From contig JAEUTH010000028.1 in the NCBI GenBank assembly GCA_016788165.1, forward strand, positions 13,978-77,977: a stretch of 64,000 nucleotides of DNA. Direction: 5' to 3'. Each line of letters opens with the position of its first letter. The first letter of the stretch is position 1. The stretch is from Bacteroidia bacterium (lineage in GTDB: Bacteria; Bacteroidota; Bacteroidia; AKYH767-A; OLB10). A program made the translations under genes and the position numbers. The notes under the pieces are model-generated. The model was not told where the DNA came from. It searched no databases and worked only from the letters and a program-made list of their open reading frames with translations. Below, one piece after another: positions 10,732 to 21,399 of this stretch.

Positions 10732-11325
10732 ATGAGCGATGTTCAACCTTGGCAATTTGTAGATGATGAGCAAGACAAGTGGCCCGATTACATTGACTCT
10801 ATTATTACATTTAGTTTTTTTACAGGTCTTATTTCGTTTTGGTGGTTTACAAATAAGATGCAGGTAAACTTTGGTACTTTTTGTAAAGTGAGCATTTTAA
10901 TATCATTAATAATTTTAATGAGTGTGCATATATACAAACGCTTTACATCAATTAAATGGGTACAAACCACCGATGTAATGCGTACACTATTAAGCGGCCC
11001 GCTTTTAAGCATTTTGGTTTTTTCTTTAAATTATTTAATAGTCGGTAAGCCTTATGAAGTAACATACACCATTGCAGATATTCGTGTTGTAGCAAAAAAT
11101 GAAATTACCGATGAGGCTGTGGTTTTTTTTGATGATAATGCCTTAAACGATTTTAAAACCCTCAGAACTTTTACGCTTAACGGCAGCACCTATCAATGGC
11201 ATAAAATTTCATACACATTCTGTAAAGGCATATTTGGTATAACCAATGTAACCAAAAGAGTTGTTGAGAAAGATGATGGAACCCGTTTACCGGTGGGAAT
11301 TGATTCAGCAAAAAATCATGAATAA
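10732..11325 (+). CDS. Hypothetical membrane protein (about 3 TM segments)
   Basis: 197-aa ORF with three hydrophobic stretches followed by a soluble C-terminal region. Confidence 0.6.
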   Translation: MSDVQPWQFVDDEQDKWPDYIDSIITFSFFTGLISFWWFTNKMQVNFGTFCKVSILISLIILMSVHIYKRFTSIKWVQTTDVMRTLLSGPLLSILVFSLNYLIVGKPYEVTYTIADIRVVAKNEITDEAVVFFDDNALNDFKTLRTFTLNGSTYQWHKISYTFCKGIFGITNVTKRVVEKDDGTRLPVGIDSAKNHE

Positions 11326-11341
11326 TTATTGATAATCCTCA

Positions 11342-11349
11342 TACTTTTG
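11342..11349 (+). promoter_or_regulatory. Bacteroidota -7 promoter element (TACTTTTG), 5 nt upstream of ATG
   Basis: Exact TAnnTTTG match followed by CGGCC-ATG. Confidence 0.65.
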
Positions 11350-11354
11350 CGGCC

Positions 11355-11741
11355 ATGTTCAAGCATAAAATATTTGCTGCAATAATGGCCGGTATTATGT
11401 TTATAACCTCAGTAGGGGTTATAAATAAAGTACACCGCTGTTTAATGGCAGCCAATACTGAAGTGTGCTGCGAAACCGATACCCCCGAATGTTGCCAGCC
11501 AGTTGCTGCGGCTGACACAAACCCTGAAAATGATTGCTGTAAGGACGAAATTAAATCAATTGCTTTAGACGAAACCTATGTTGCAAAGGATACCTTAATT
11601 TCCGACTGGTCGTCAATATGTACCAAAATCGTTGTATTTACTTTTCGAGGCCAACAGGGCGAAACTATAAGCAACCCTGTTTTTAAGTTGTTTTTACACA
11701 AAGTTGGTTTGTTAGATTGCATACAGATTTTGAGAATTTGA
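11355..11741 (+). CDS. Cys/His-rich HYC_CC_PP-like small protein, putative metal-responsive leader
   Basis: N-terminal hydrophobic segment, H-R-C, three CC pairs, C-terminus CIQILRI; lies directly upstream of a metal-type TonB receptor. Confidence 0.7.
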   Translation: MFKHKIFAAIMAGIMFITSVGVINKVHRCLMAANTEVCCETDTPECCQPVAAADTNPENDCCKDEIKSIALDETYVAKDTLISDWSSICTKIVVFTFRGQQGETISNPVFKLFLHKVGLLDCIQILRI

Positions 11742-11829
11742 TAGTTGGTGCCTAATTTTTTACCTACCTTATATAGCAGTCTGGCGGGTTGCATCCATTT
11801 AAATCAAAAACTTAATTTTCAGTAATTCA

Positions 11830-14043
11830 ATGAAGAAACTACACAGTTTGGTTTTGTTGTTTATATGTTTTAAAGCACAAGCACAAAACATTCCAATAAC
11901 CGTTTTACAAGGCAAAGCGCCCTACGAACCATTACCTATGGCGCAAGTTATGGTATTGCCGGCTAATACCTTTTTACAAACAGATGTTGCCGGCAATGTA
12001 TTGCTCGAAGTACCAACACTGCCTGTTACAATAGTAACTGCATACAGCGGTTTTGTATCTGACACAACGCTTGTTACTACGCATAAGCCCGTAGTTATAA
12101 AACTTAAAGCGTTGGTACAATTGCCCGAAGCTACAGTAAAAGCAGGCCGCGAAGCTTTAGGCTTATCAACCATGAAACCGCTTAATACCGAGGTAATAAC
12201 GCAAAAGGAGTTAATGAAAGCAGCCTGTTGCAACCTTAGCGAAAGTTTCGAAACCAATCCCACCGTTACCGTAAATTATACCGATGCCGTAAGTGGCGCA
12301 AAAGAAATTCAGATGTTGGGCTTATCAGGTATATACACGCAAATGCTTACCGAAAACATACCGGCCATGCGTGGGCTGGGGCAAACATTTGGGCTTAATT
12401 ATATACCGGGCTCGTGGATGGAATCTATACAAATAACAAAAGGTGTTGGGCCGGTAAGCAACGGATTTGAATCGCTAACCGGTGCCATAAACGTAGAGTT
12501 TAAAAAACCCGAAGAAAGTGGACGCGCACATTTTAATTTATATCAGGCTACTACCGGCAATACCGAGTTTAATGGCATTTACAACACCAAAGTGGGGCAA
12601 AATTGGGGTACCATGTTTATGGTACATGCCAACCGGATGCAAAATAAATTAGATCATAACGATGATGGCTTTTTAGATATGCCCTTAGTACAACAAATAA
12701 ATGCTTACAGCCGTTGGCGCTATAACAATAATAAAAACATGGAAGCGCAATTTGGCGTTAAAGCCATATTAGACGAAAGAAACGGAGGGCAATTAAAATT
12801 TAGCGATGACGATAAAGGTACTACACAAGCCTATGGCACACAGGTAAAAACACAAAGATTTGAAGCTTACTCAAAAACAGGGTATGTTTTTACCAACCGC
12901 GAGTTTACCAGTGTAGGCTGGCAAAACCATGTTACCTATCACAAAGCTGTTTCGTTTTTCGGATTAAAAAATTATGACGGACTTCAAAAAAGTTTGTATT
13001 CAAATTTGATGTTTCAATCTTATATCGGAACATCCGAACATCAGTATAAAGCCGGTGTTTCATTTATGCTTGATGATTTTGACGAAAAGTATAATGAGCC
13101 ACAAACCCAATATGAACGTAACCAAACTTATATGGTACCGGGAGCTTTTATCGAATATACATTTAACGACTGCGATAAATGGGCAGTAGTTGCAGGTGTG
13201 CGTGCCGATTATCATAATAAATATGGAGCCTTTTATACACCACGGGTAAATGCCAAATACAATTTTACCGAATCGCTAATTATGCGCATATCGGCCGGTA
13301 ATAGTTTTAGAGTGGCTAATATTTTAACTGATAATATTGGATATATGGCCAGCTCTAAAATTTTAATTGTAAAAGATGATTTAAAACCTGAGCGCGGTTG
13401 GAATGAAGGTGTTAACCTAACTTACAAGTTCGAAACATTTAAACGTGCTTCATCGCTGTCGGTAGATTATTATCAAACACAATTTGTAAATCAGGTAATA
13501 GCCGACCCGTTTAGCGATGCCAGCTATATTCAGTTTTATAATTTAAATGGAACTTCTAAATCCAAAAGCGCGCAAATTGCATACAACGTTGCATTGTTCG
13601 AGTTTTTAGATTTGCGTGTAGCATATAGGTTAGATGATGTTAATGTTACATATCAGAAGGTGGGCAACATTCAAAAACCTTTGGTATCGCGCCATAAGGG
13701 ATTAATAAACATTGCATACCACAGTTTAAACGAAAAATGGCGTTTTGATTTTACAGTTCAATATGATGGCCCCAAACGGTTAACTAACACGCATAGTCAT
13801 GATGAAAATGCAGTTAACCCTAATGCCAAATCGCCTGCTTACGTAATGGTGTTGGCACAATTTACCAAAGTGTTTAAGAAATTTGAAGTATATGCCGGTG
13901 GCGAAAATTTAACCAACTACACACAACACAATCCCATAATTTCGGCCAGCAATCCTTTCGATAGTTCATTTGACGCAACCGATATTTGGGGGCCTATAAT
14001 GGGTATTAGAGCCTATGCCGGTGTACGTATTGATATTAAGTAA
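11830..14043 (+). CDS. TonB-dependent receptor, probable heavy-metal (Cu) type
   Basis: Signal peptide; plug with KAACCNLSESFETN; ESIQITKG; barrel C-terminus WGPIMGIRAYAGVRIDIK. Confidence 0.88.
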   Translation: MKKLHSLVLLFICFKAQAQNIPITVLQGKAPYEPLPMAQVMVLPANTFLQTDVAGNVLLEVPTLPVTIVTAYSGFVSDTTLVTTHKPVVIKLKALVQLPEATVKAGREALGLSTMKPLNTEVITQKELMKAACCNLSESFETNPTVTVNYTDAVSGAKEIQMLGLSGIYTQMLTENIPAMRGLGQTFGLNYIPGSWMESIQITKGVGPVSNGFESLTGAINVEFKKPEESGRAHFNLYQATTGNTEFNGIYNTKVGQNWGTMFMVHANRMQNKLDHNDDGFLDMPLVQQINAYSRWRYNNNKNMEAQFGVKAILDERNGGQLKFSDDDKGTTQAYGTQVKTQRFEAYSKTGYVFTNREFTSVGWQNHVTYHKAVSFFGLKNYDGLQKSLYSNLMFQSYIGTSEHQYKAGVSFMLDDFDEKYNEPQTQYERNQTYMVPGAFIEYTFNDCDKWAVVAGVRADYHNKYGAFYTPRVNAKYNFTESLIMRISAGNSFRVANILTDNIGYMASSKILIVKDDLKPERGWNEGVNLTYKFETFKRASSLSVDYYQTQFVNQVIADPFSDASYIQFYNLNGTSKSKSAQIAYNVALFEFLDLRVAYRLDDVNVTYQKVGNIQKPLVSRHKGLINIAYHSLNEKWRFDFTVQYDGPKRLTNTHSHDENAVNPNAKSPAYVMVLAQFTKVFKKFEVYAGGENLTNYTQHNPIISASNPFDSSFDATDIWGPIMGIRAYAGVRIDIK

Positions 14044-14066
14044 TTATTTATAATGATATTTCAGCT

Positions 14067-14405
14067 ATGAAAAATATTAAAGCATTATTGATTTTTTGTT
14101 TGATATGTTTTATTTCAAGCAAGGCAGTTGCACAAAAAGATACACTAATAGTTAAGTCATCTGTAAACTGTGCTACCTGTAAAAAAACAATAGAAAGCGG
14201 CCTCCGATTCGAAAAAGGTGTGCAAAAAGCAACGGTAGATTATCACAAAAAAACCGTAACAATAATTTATCGGTCAGATAAAACCGATGCCGGCCAATTG
14301 CGTTTGGCCATTTCAAACTTAGGTTACAATGCCGATACCATTGCTGCAAAACCTGATGCATATAATAAGTTACCTGCATGTTGTAAAGCAGGTGGCCACG
14401 ATTAA
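14067..14405 (+). CDS. Exported heavy-metal-associated (HMA, MerP/CopZ-like) protein
   Basis: Signal peptide; NCATCKKTIE CxxC; C-terminal AYNKLPACC. Confidence 0.88.
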   Translation: MKNIKALLIFCLICFISSKAVAQKDTLIVKSSVNCATCKKTIESGLRFEKGVQKATVDYHKKTVTIIYRSDKTDAGQLRLAISNLGYNADTIAAKPDAYNKLPACCKAGGHD

Positions 14406-14456
14406 ACGTCAGGTTTCATTTAAACAAGTTGCATTAACTTTTGTAGTATTGCCGCC

Positions 14457-15209
14457 ATGCTTAAAAACTTTTTGCGGCAAATATTTGCCATTTATGCTTT
14501 AATAGCTTTTATACCTACACTGGTGTTAGCTTATTTGGCTTATGTATTGGTAATAAATCTTAGCAGTGGCGATAAGGTATTGCAACGCACACATTTTGTT
14601 TCGTCATGGTGGGCAAAAATTTACTATAGTCTTATTTTTATTCGCATACAAATTGCCAACCACAATATGCATGCAGGCAGCGGTGTGCATGTGTTTGTTT
14701 GTAATCACAGATCGTTATTAGATGTACCTGTTTGGGCTTATGCTTGTATGCAGCCGGTAAGATTTTTATCGAAAGCCGAACTTACAAAAGTGCCCGTTTT
14801 TGGCTATGTTTTAAAACGCGTTTATATAACCGTTGACAGAGCTGATAAAACCGACCGTTTAAAGAGCATCAACAAAATGAAAAAAACGTTAGACCAGGGT
14901 GTTTCAATTTTTTTAGCACCGGAAGGCACACGCAACCGTAGTAATAAAGTATTGCTCGATTTTAAAGAAGGAGCCTTTCGTTTAGCGGTAACCGCACAAG
15001 TACCTATTGGTATTTTAACGCTTTATAATACCGATAAACTTTTATCGCCTTCAAAACTATTTAGCATGCAGCCAGGTACAATTTATGGCGAGTGGACTGT
15101 ATCGGTGCCAACTAAAGGATTAACAGAAAACGACATACCTGAATTAAAACAGCGTTGCATGCAAATAATGGAAACCAATTATTTGCAGCTTAAAAACAAA
15201 TATCAATAA
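14457..15209 (+). CDS. plsC: 1-acyl-sn-glycerol-3-phosphate acyltransferase
   Basis: NHRSLLD (HX4D), PEGTR, FKEGAF. Confidence 0.88.
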   Translation: MLKNFLRQIFAIYALIAFIPTLVLAYLAYVLVINLSSGDKVLQRTHFVSSWWAKIYYSLIFIRIQIANHNMHAGSGVHVFVCNHRSLLDVPVWAYACMQPVRFLSKAELTKVPVFGYVLKRVYITVDRADKTDRLKSINKMKKTLDQGVSIFLAPEGTRNRSNKVLLDFKEGAFRLAVTAQVPIGILTLYNTDKLLSPSKLFSMQPGTIYGEWTVSVPTKGLTENDIPELKQRCMQIMETNYLQLKNKYQ

Positions 15210-15237
15210 TCATTTATTTAGTATAGATTTAATTGGC

Positions 15238-16797
15238 ATGAGCACCGATAAGGAAATTAAAACCGATAGTGACATAGTAGTTGAAAAATTGTATCAAACG
15301 CTTATAGCATTAAACGAAACACCGGGGCAGTTTCCCTACACACGTGGCGTGCAAACCGATATGTACCGTGGCAAACTTTGGACTATGCGCCAATATGCCG
15401 GGTTTAGTACTGCCGAAGAATCGAATAAACGATACAAATATTTACTTCAGCAAGGTACCACGGGCTTAAGTGTTGCCTTTGATTTGCCTACTCAAATTGG
15501 CTACGACAGTAGCCACGCATTGGCCGATGGCGAAGTTGGCAAAGCAGGTGTAGCTATTGATTCGTTAGGTGATATGGAAATTTTATTTGATGGCATTGCA
15601 TTGCAAAATGTAACTACCAGTATGACCATTAATGCTACTGCCAGTACATTATTGTGCATGTATATTGCTTTGGCAAAAAAGCAAGGTGCCGATTTGAAAT
15701 TAATTTCGGGCACGATACAAAACGATATTTTAAAAGAGTATGCAGCACGTGGTACTTATATATATCCGCCTAAACCAAGTATGCGTATCATAACCGATAT
15801 ATTTGAGTATTGCAGTAAAGAAGTACCTAAGTGGAATACGATTAGTGTATCGGGCTATCATATCAGAGAAGCCGGTGCTAATGCAGTGCAGGAACTGGCT
15901 TTTACTTTAGCCGATGGCAAAGCTTATTTACAAGCTGCCATAAACAAAGGTTTGGATATTGATGTGTTTGCACCACGCATTTCATTTTTTTTCAATGCAC
16001 ATAATAATTTGTTTGAAGAAGTTGCCAAGTTTAGGGCAGCACGCAGAATGTGGGCAAACATTACCAAACAATTGGGTGCGAAAAATCCCAAATCGCAAAT
16101 GTTGCGCTTTCATACACAAACAGGTGGCTCAACACTAACAGCACAACAACCACAAAACAATATAATCAGAGTTACCATACAGGCCTTAGCAGCAGTAATG
16201 GGCGGCACACAATCGTTACATACAAATGGTTTTGATGAAGCACTTTCATTACCAACTGAAGAGGCTGCACGCATTGCATTACGTACGCAGCAAATTATAG
16301 GTTACGAAAGCGGTGTTACGCAAACAGTTGATCCGTTAGGCGGGTCCTATTATGTAGAAGCATTAACCAATGCCATGGAAGCAAAGGCCTATGCGTATTT
16401 GCAAAAAATTGATGAAATGGGCGGTGCAGTTGCTGCCATTGAAGCCGGGTACATACAAAACGAAATTGCACAAAGTGCCTACAATTATCAAAAAGATATT
16501 GAGCATGACACGAAAATTATTGTCGGTCAGAATAAATTTGTAATTAATGAAGCACCCACTAAAGATTTATTTACCGTGGATGACAGTATCCGGCAGATAC
16601 AAATAGAAAAGCTGAATGCGATTAAGGCAAAACGTAATACATTAATTGTTGAAGCAGCCTTAGAAAAAATAAAAAACGCAGCAACGGATGGCAGCAACTT
16701 AATGCCACATATTTTATATGCTGTCGAAAACTATGCTACGCTTGGCGAAATTGCTGATGTAATGCGCAATGTATTTGGCGAGTACCAGGGCTCTTAA
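15238..16797 (+). CDS. Methylmalonyl-CoA mutase, substrate-binding large subunit (no B12-binding domain)
   Basis: [54 protein letters not shown]; no DXHXXG motif. Confidence 0.92.
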   Translation: MSTDKEIKTDSDIVVEKLYQTLIALNETPGQFPYTRGVQTDMYRGKLWTMRQYAGFSTAEESNKRYKYLLQQGTTGLSVAFDLPTQIGYDSSHALADGEVGKAGVAIDSLGDMEILFDGIALQNVTTSMTINATASTLLCMYIALAKKQGADLKLISGTIQNDILKEYAARGTYIYPPKPSMRIITDIFEYCSKEVPKWNTISVSGYHIREAGANAVQELAFTLADGKAYLQAAINKGLDIDVFAPRISFFFNAHNNLFEEVAKFRAARRMWANITKQLGAKNPKSQMLRFHTQTGGSTLTAQQPQNNIIRVTIQALAAVMGGTQSLHTNGFDEALSLPTEEAARIALRTQQIIGYESGVTQTVDPLGGSYYVEALTNAMEAKAYAYLQKIDEMGGAVAAIEAGYIQNEIAQSAYNYQKDIEHDTKIIVGQNKFVINEAPTKDLFTVDDSIRQIQIEKLNAIKAKRNTLIVEAALEKIKNAATDGSNLMPHILYAVENYATLGEIADVMRNVFGEYQGS

Positions 16798-16883
16798 ACA
16801 GTTTTGCACAACGAGCTGCAAACTATTTTTTAAGAAAGTACAACTTACATGTTCGGTTATGGGTTGCTGCTAAAATTGAAGTC

Positions 16884-18284
16884 TTATTGCATGGCTTTAA
16901 AAACCATTACCGTTTCATCGTTTACAAATAATGTAAGCATGTTGCCTGATAGTGCATAAGCATTTACTTTATGAAATGCTTTTATAAAATCATCTTCTAA
17001 ATTGCCTGGGCATGCCATGCGTGTCATGGCTCCGGGCAAAAACGAAATTGTATTGTCTTTGTTTGTAAACTTCCCGTTAATATTGTTGCAACCGGTATGC
17101 CCACCATAAGTTAGTGTTTGTGTATTGAGTGTAAGCTGAGGTAACCCTTTTATTTGATTACCGGCAATAATTTCATGGCCGTTTAGTTCGATTAACTGCC
17201 ATGTTTTATTTAAAGCATTGCTTTTTTTCATTTCAAATTTATTGCGTTTGTATGTTAACGTTGTACCGTTTGGATTACTTAGTATCAAAGTATTGTCAAC
17301 TATTTTATACGTTGTTGTAGCCGTTAATGCTTTCATGCATCTGTTTTCAAATCCGCCATCAGCACATGCCATTTCGGTAGCACTTATTTCGGTGAAACGA
17401 AGTGTTTTCGATTCAACAAATAAACTCCCGCTAAAGCGATTACAACCGGCATGTCCGGTAAACGATTTTCCATTAATATCAATAATTAACTCGGGGTTCG
17501 ATTTTTGTAAAATACTATGATTTACAAATTCATTACCCACTTGCTCTAAAAACCAGTTTCCGTTTAAGTTTTCGTTTGCTAAGTATTTACCGCAACCTTT
17601 ATAAATTTGATTTTGGTTGTTTTTTTCTGTCAATGTAACAGTTACTATATAGTCAAACGTTTCGCCACTCATTACATCCTTGCAAGTACCTTTTTGCCAG
17701 GTAACAGCTAAAGTTGCACGCTCGGTTTTAACCAACATGCTTTTAACATTAGCATCCATAGCCTGTTGCACTTTGCCTGGAGGCATGTTTATAACAACAC
17801 CTTCCATGTTTTTAAATGTTATTTTGTTTTCAAAATCAATGTCAAGCATCCAGCCGGGCTCTTGTCCAAGTGCAAAAAAGTCTATACCATTTTTTATTTT
17901 CTGTTCATCACGTTTATCTAATGATGTATGCATACCTGTATCATTAGTTAAAACAGTTTGATTGTTTAAAGCCCTGCCTGTTTCATCACACCACTGCATG
18001 GTATTATCATTCAAACTAAAATATTTGTATGGTACATTGCCCGTTAATGCAACCACATTTTTGGTTCGTATGTAATTACCTGCATAAGCTTCGGGCATTT
18101 TAGGTGTATCGGCATACTGTACAATTAAACGGTAGTACTTATCCGAACCTAAAGTTAAGCGCAGGTTTTGTTTATTATCTGAAAGGCTGATTGTTTGTGT
18201 ATATGTGTTTTCAGATTGTGCCGTAGTACAATTAAACTGAAAACTTAACGCAAAAATAAGTATGATGAATCGGTGTATTTTCAT
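16884..18284 (-). CDS. Exported protein with two META (HslJ-like) domains
   Basis: GQEPGWML domain, then two W-x-L...G-x-x-GCN...T-x-MAC repeats. Confidence 0.85.
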   Translation of the reverse strand: MKIHRFIILIFALSFQFNCTTAQSENTYTQTISLSDNKQNLRLTLGSDKYYRLIVQYADTPKMPEAYAGNYIRTKNVVALTGNVPYKYFSLNDNTMQWCDETGRALNNQTVLTNDTGMHTSLDKRDEQKIKNGIDFFALGQEPGWMLDIDFENKITFKNMEGVVINMPPGKVQQAMDANVKSMLVKTERATLAVTWQKGTCKDVMSGETFDYIVTVTLTEKNNQNQIYKGCGKYLANENLNGNWFLEQVGNEFVNHSILQKSNPELIIDINGKSFTGHAGCNRFSGSLFVESKTLRFTEISATEMACADGGFENRCMKALTATTTYKIVDNTLILSNPNGTTLTYKRNKFEMKKSNALNKTWQLIELNGHEIIAGNQIKGLPQLTLNTQTLTYGGHTGCNNINGKFTNKDNTISFLPGAMTRMACPGNLEDDFIKAFHKVNAYALSGNMLTLFVNDETVMVFKAMQ

Positions 18285-18371
18285 GGCTTACATTTTAAAA
18301 TATGGATGCAAGTTTTTAATAAATGCATAAGCCATCAAAATAATTAATAAAACATTAAAGGTAAATGCTGC

Positions 18372-21188
18372 TTAATTTTCTTTGCCTGCATTTTTAAAGT
18401 ACTTAATGTTATAAGTAAAATTTATCATGAAGTACTGTGTAAGCACATTGGTAGTTACATCTTCAAAATAGGTTTCAGTTGTGTTACGATTGAAACTGTT
18501 GTTTTGATTTAAAATATCAAACACGGTTAATCGTAACTCAGCCGCATCATTTTTCAAAAACTTATAACCTATACCGGCATTCCATAATATAAAATCCTGA
18601 TTTAAATTATCGGCCAAACCTGCATAGTGTTGGTTGGTTACATCTGATTGAAGTACCAAGCCTTTCCAGATTGTAAACTGCATACGTAAACGAGTATTCA
18701 GATTTAAATATTCGTTGTTGGCTTGCGATTGTTGGGTATTAGTTATGTTGTTATATGAAAAGTAACTGCCTACAGAAAAATCAATCTTGGGGCTGATGTT
18801 GCTGTTTATGGAGAAACCGGTTCCAACACTTGTTGTATATGCATAATTGTTTACAAAATTTATTTGACCGGGTGTGCGGTTCAGGTTGGCATTGGCATTT
18901 ATGTTTAGGTTTGATTTAATAGCTTTAAAAGGAAAACCGTAATTACTAAACATACGCACATTGTAATATCCGTTTAAGTTTTGCGGCACAGTTAACTGCG
19001 AACCTGCCGGCATATTTACACCGGCAACTTGTGTATCGGTTAAAGCAAAGTAGGTGGTATTGGCAATGTAGTCTTCGGTTTTAGTAAGATTTAAAACTGC
19101 AAATAAATTGGTGCTTTTTAGCGTGTTAACGGACGAGTATCGTATGTTAACGTTGTTTTGCCAGTCTTGACTTAAATTGGGATTACCGGCTGTAAGTTGC
19201 AGCGGGTTACTGTTGTTAACCACATTTTGCAATTGTGTAACCGATGGTGCATTATTACTGCTTCTATAATTTACGCGCATATTTTTTGAAGTAGTAAACT
19301 TATACTGAAACTGCGCATTAGGCAACAAGCTGTAAAATGTTTTATTTAAATTGTCGGATTGTGGAAACGTTTGTTCGTTTTTAAGTGTGGCAACCTGATA
19401 CGACAAACCCGCTGTAGCATTCCATTTGGTTTGTGTGTACATGTAACTGATGCCGCCATTGTTTGCCATATAACGGCTTTCGAAAACATTACTTAAAGTG
19501 GCATCTAAATCTGTATATGAATCGGATACTGTTTGGTAATTGTATGTTTTTTTATCGCTGTTGTTTAAATTGTAATTGTTGTTGTAGGTAAAAAGTAATT
19601 GACCTTTTTTGCCAACAGGCTCGGTGTAGGTAACATTACCACTAAATACTTTGCCTTGCGCATCGCTGTTGGTTAACTGATTTATACTATCGGTACTTAA
19701 CGAGTCGAGTGCATATACGTTGTATGAGTATAAATTGCTATTGCCTTTATTTGAGTTGAAGCCCGGTGTAAGGTTAAAAGATATGGTGCGGCCTTTTTTA
19801 TCGAATGCATGTTTGTACAATACCGGCATGGTAAAGTTGCTTGCATCAACCGATGCCGAAGTTTTATTGTTTGTGTTGCTTATTAGTATGTTGCCACTTT
19901 CGTTTTTCCCAACGGTAACAGCATCCTGATCGTTTAATTGAAATGTAATACGTGGTTGTACGGTAATGCTGTTGGCACTGTCTATTTTATACTCTATTTT
20001 TAAGTTTGCCCTGTGGTTGCTGTTTATAATGTTTTTGTTGCTTACTTCGTTATACAGCAATGGGTTATTCTCATTGGTAAAGTAGGTGCGTTGCGTATTG
20101 CTTTTAACCACATTGTCGGCATAGTTAAAAAAGTAACTGCCCGAAATTTCAACCTTGCCAAAGGTGTTGCTATAATTTAAGCCAATTGAATGTGTTTGGG
20201 TTAGTCCTTTTTTCTGATCTACAAAAAAGCTCGATGCGTCTTGACCCATAGTACCCGTTGGGCGGCCACCACCCATACCCATTGGCGGGCGCATGCCACC
20301 ACCCATACGTGGGCCACCACCACCGCTTCCACTCATAACACCGGCCAAATCTTCGGACGAAAAATTTTGCTCATTAATATTATTGCTGCTCATTAAAATG
20401 GTAAAGCGTCTTTTTTCTTTAAAGAAGTTAAGTGCCAAACCTCCTTTGTATCTGTCGTCTGTGCCATAGCTGCCATAAACACGTCCGAAAATCCCATTTC
20501 TGAATTGTTGTTTGGTAATAATGTTCATGGTCTTGGTATTGTTGCCATCATCAAAACCTGTAAACTGTGCCTGATCGCTTTTTTGATCAAACATTTGAAT
20601 TTTATCTATCATTTCGGCAGGGATGTTTTTTAATACAGCATTGGGGTCGTCACCAAAAAACGGTTTGCCGTCAACTATTACTCTTTTCAATTCTTCGCCT
20701 TGCGTTTTTACCTTTCCATCCTCAATGGTTACACCGGGCATTTTTGTAACCAAATCTTCGGCATTTGCATCTTTATTTACTTTATATGCATCGGCATTAA
20801 ATTGCATGGTATCGCCAATAAGTTTGGCAGGCAAAACATCACCCACCACTTGCGCATCTTTAAGCAAAGCTGCTTTATCGCTTAGTGTAATGTTTCCTAA
20901 ATTTAAATCAGCATTTATAAATTGCTTTTTATAAAAGTCGCCAAAGCCTAAATAGGAAACTTTAATCAGATAAAGTTGGCTCTTTATTTTTTCGATTTTA
21001 AAGTCGCCATCTAAGTTGGTAACTGTTCCGGTGGTAACCGAACTGTCGTTTGGGTTTAGTAATGCAATTGCAGCACCGGGTAGCGGTTCGTTTTTTGTAT
21101 CCGTTATTTTACCCGAAATGGTGTATTGCCCTAATGCAAAAAAAGGTGTGCCGGCAATTATTAAAGCAATTATTTTTTTTAATATCAT
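18372..21188 (-). CDS. Outer-membrane beta-barrel / TonB-receptor-like protein with carboxypeptidase-regulatory-like N-domain
   Basis: Start set at MILKKII (21188) to give a signal peptide; ISGKITD...PLPGA, DLVTKMPGV, VDGKPFFGDD, C-terminal YFMINFTYNI. Confidence 0.85.
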   Translation of the reverse strand: MILKKIIALIIAGTPFFALGQYTISGKITDTKNEPLPGAAIALLNPNDSSVTTGTVTNLDGDFKIEKIKSQLYLIKVSYLGFGDFYKKQFINADLNLGNITLSDKAALLKDAQVVGDVLPAKLIGDTMQFNADAYKVNKDANAEDLVTKMPGVTIEDGKVKTQGEELKRVIVDGKPFFGDDPNAVLKNIPAEMIDKIQMFDQKSDQAQFTGFDDGNNTKTMNIITKQQFRNGIFGRVYGSYGTDDRYKGGLALNFFKEKRRFTILMSSNNINEQNFSSEDLAGVMSGSGGGGPRMGGGMRPPMGMGGGRPTGTMGQDASSFFVDQKKGLTQTHSIGLNYSNTFGKVEISGSYFFNYADNVVKSNTQRTYFTNENNPLLYNEVSNKNIINSNHRANLKIEYKIDSANSITVQPRITFQLNDQDAVTVGKNESGNILISNTNNKTSASVDASNFTMPVLYKHAFDKKGRTISFNLTPGFNSNKGNSNLYSYNVYALDSLSTDSINQLTNSDAQGKVFSGNVTYTEPVGKKGQLLFTYNNNYNLNNSDKKTYNYQTVSDSYTDLDATLSNVFESRYMANNGGISYMYTQTKWNATAGLSYQVATLKNEQTFPQSDNLNKTFYSLLPNAQFQYKFTTSKNMRVNYRSSNNAPSVTQLQNVVNNSNPLQLTAGNPNLSQDWQNNVNIRYSSVNTLKSTNLFAVLNLTKTEDYIANTTYFALTDTQVAGVNMPAGSQLTVPQNLNGYYNVRMFSNYGFPFKAIKSNLNINANANLNRTPGQINFVNNYAYTTSVGTGFSINSNISPKIDFSVGSYFSYNNITNTQQSQANNEYLNLNTRLRMQFTIWKGLVLQSDVTNQHYAGLADNLNQDFILWNAGIGYKFLKNDAAELRLTVFDILNQNNSFNRNTTETYFEDVTTNVLTQYFMINFTYNIKYFKNAGKEN

Positions 21189-21399
21189 ATATTGAAACAG
21201 CTTAAGCCAATTAGAGTTGAAACCAAGCTGCAAGTTTAATGTTATGTAATGGATTTACACAGAAACAAAAAGTCTTTGCAGCCCTTTGTTTTAACGGCTT
21301 TACCGATTTTGAAACTTATTAACGGCTGTTAATGTTTGTTTAATTTAAAACTTGAGTAAACAAACTTACAAATCAGGATATAAAACTTGGTTGTAATGC

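Noticed and set aside
20245-20335. Gly/Met/Pro-rich GC-rich stretch in the outer-membrane barrel gene
   Set aside because: An in-frame low-complexity loop that is usual at this position in this family; not an insertion element.
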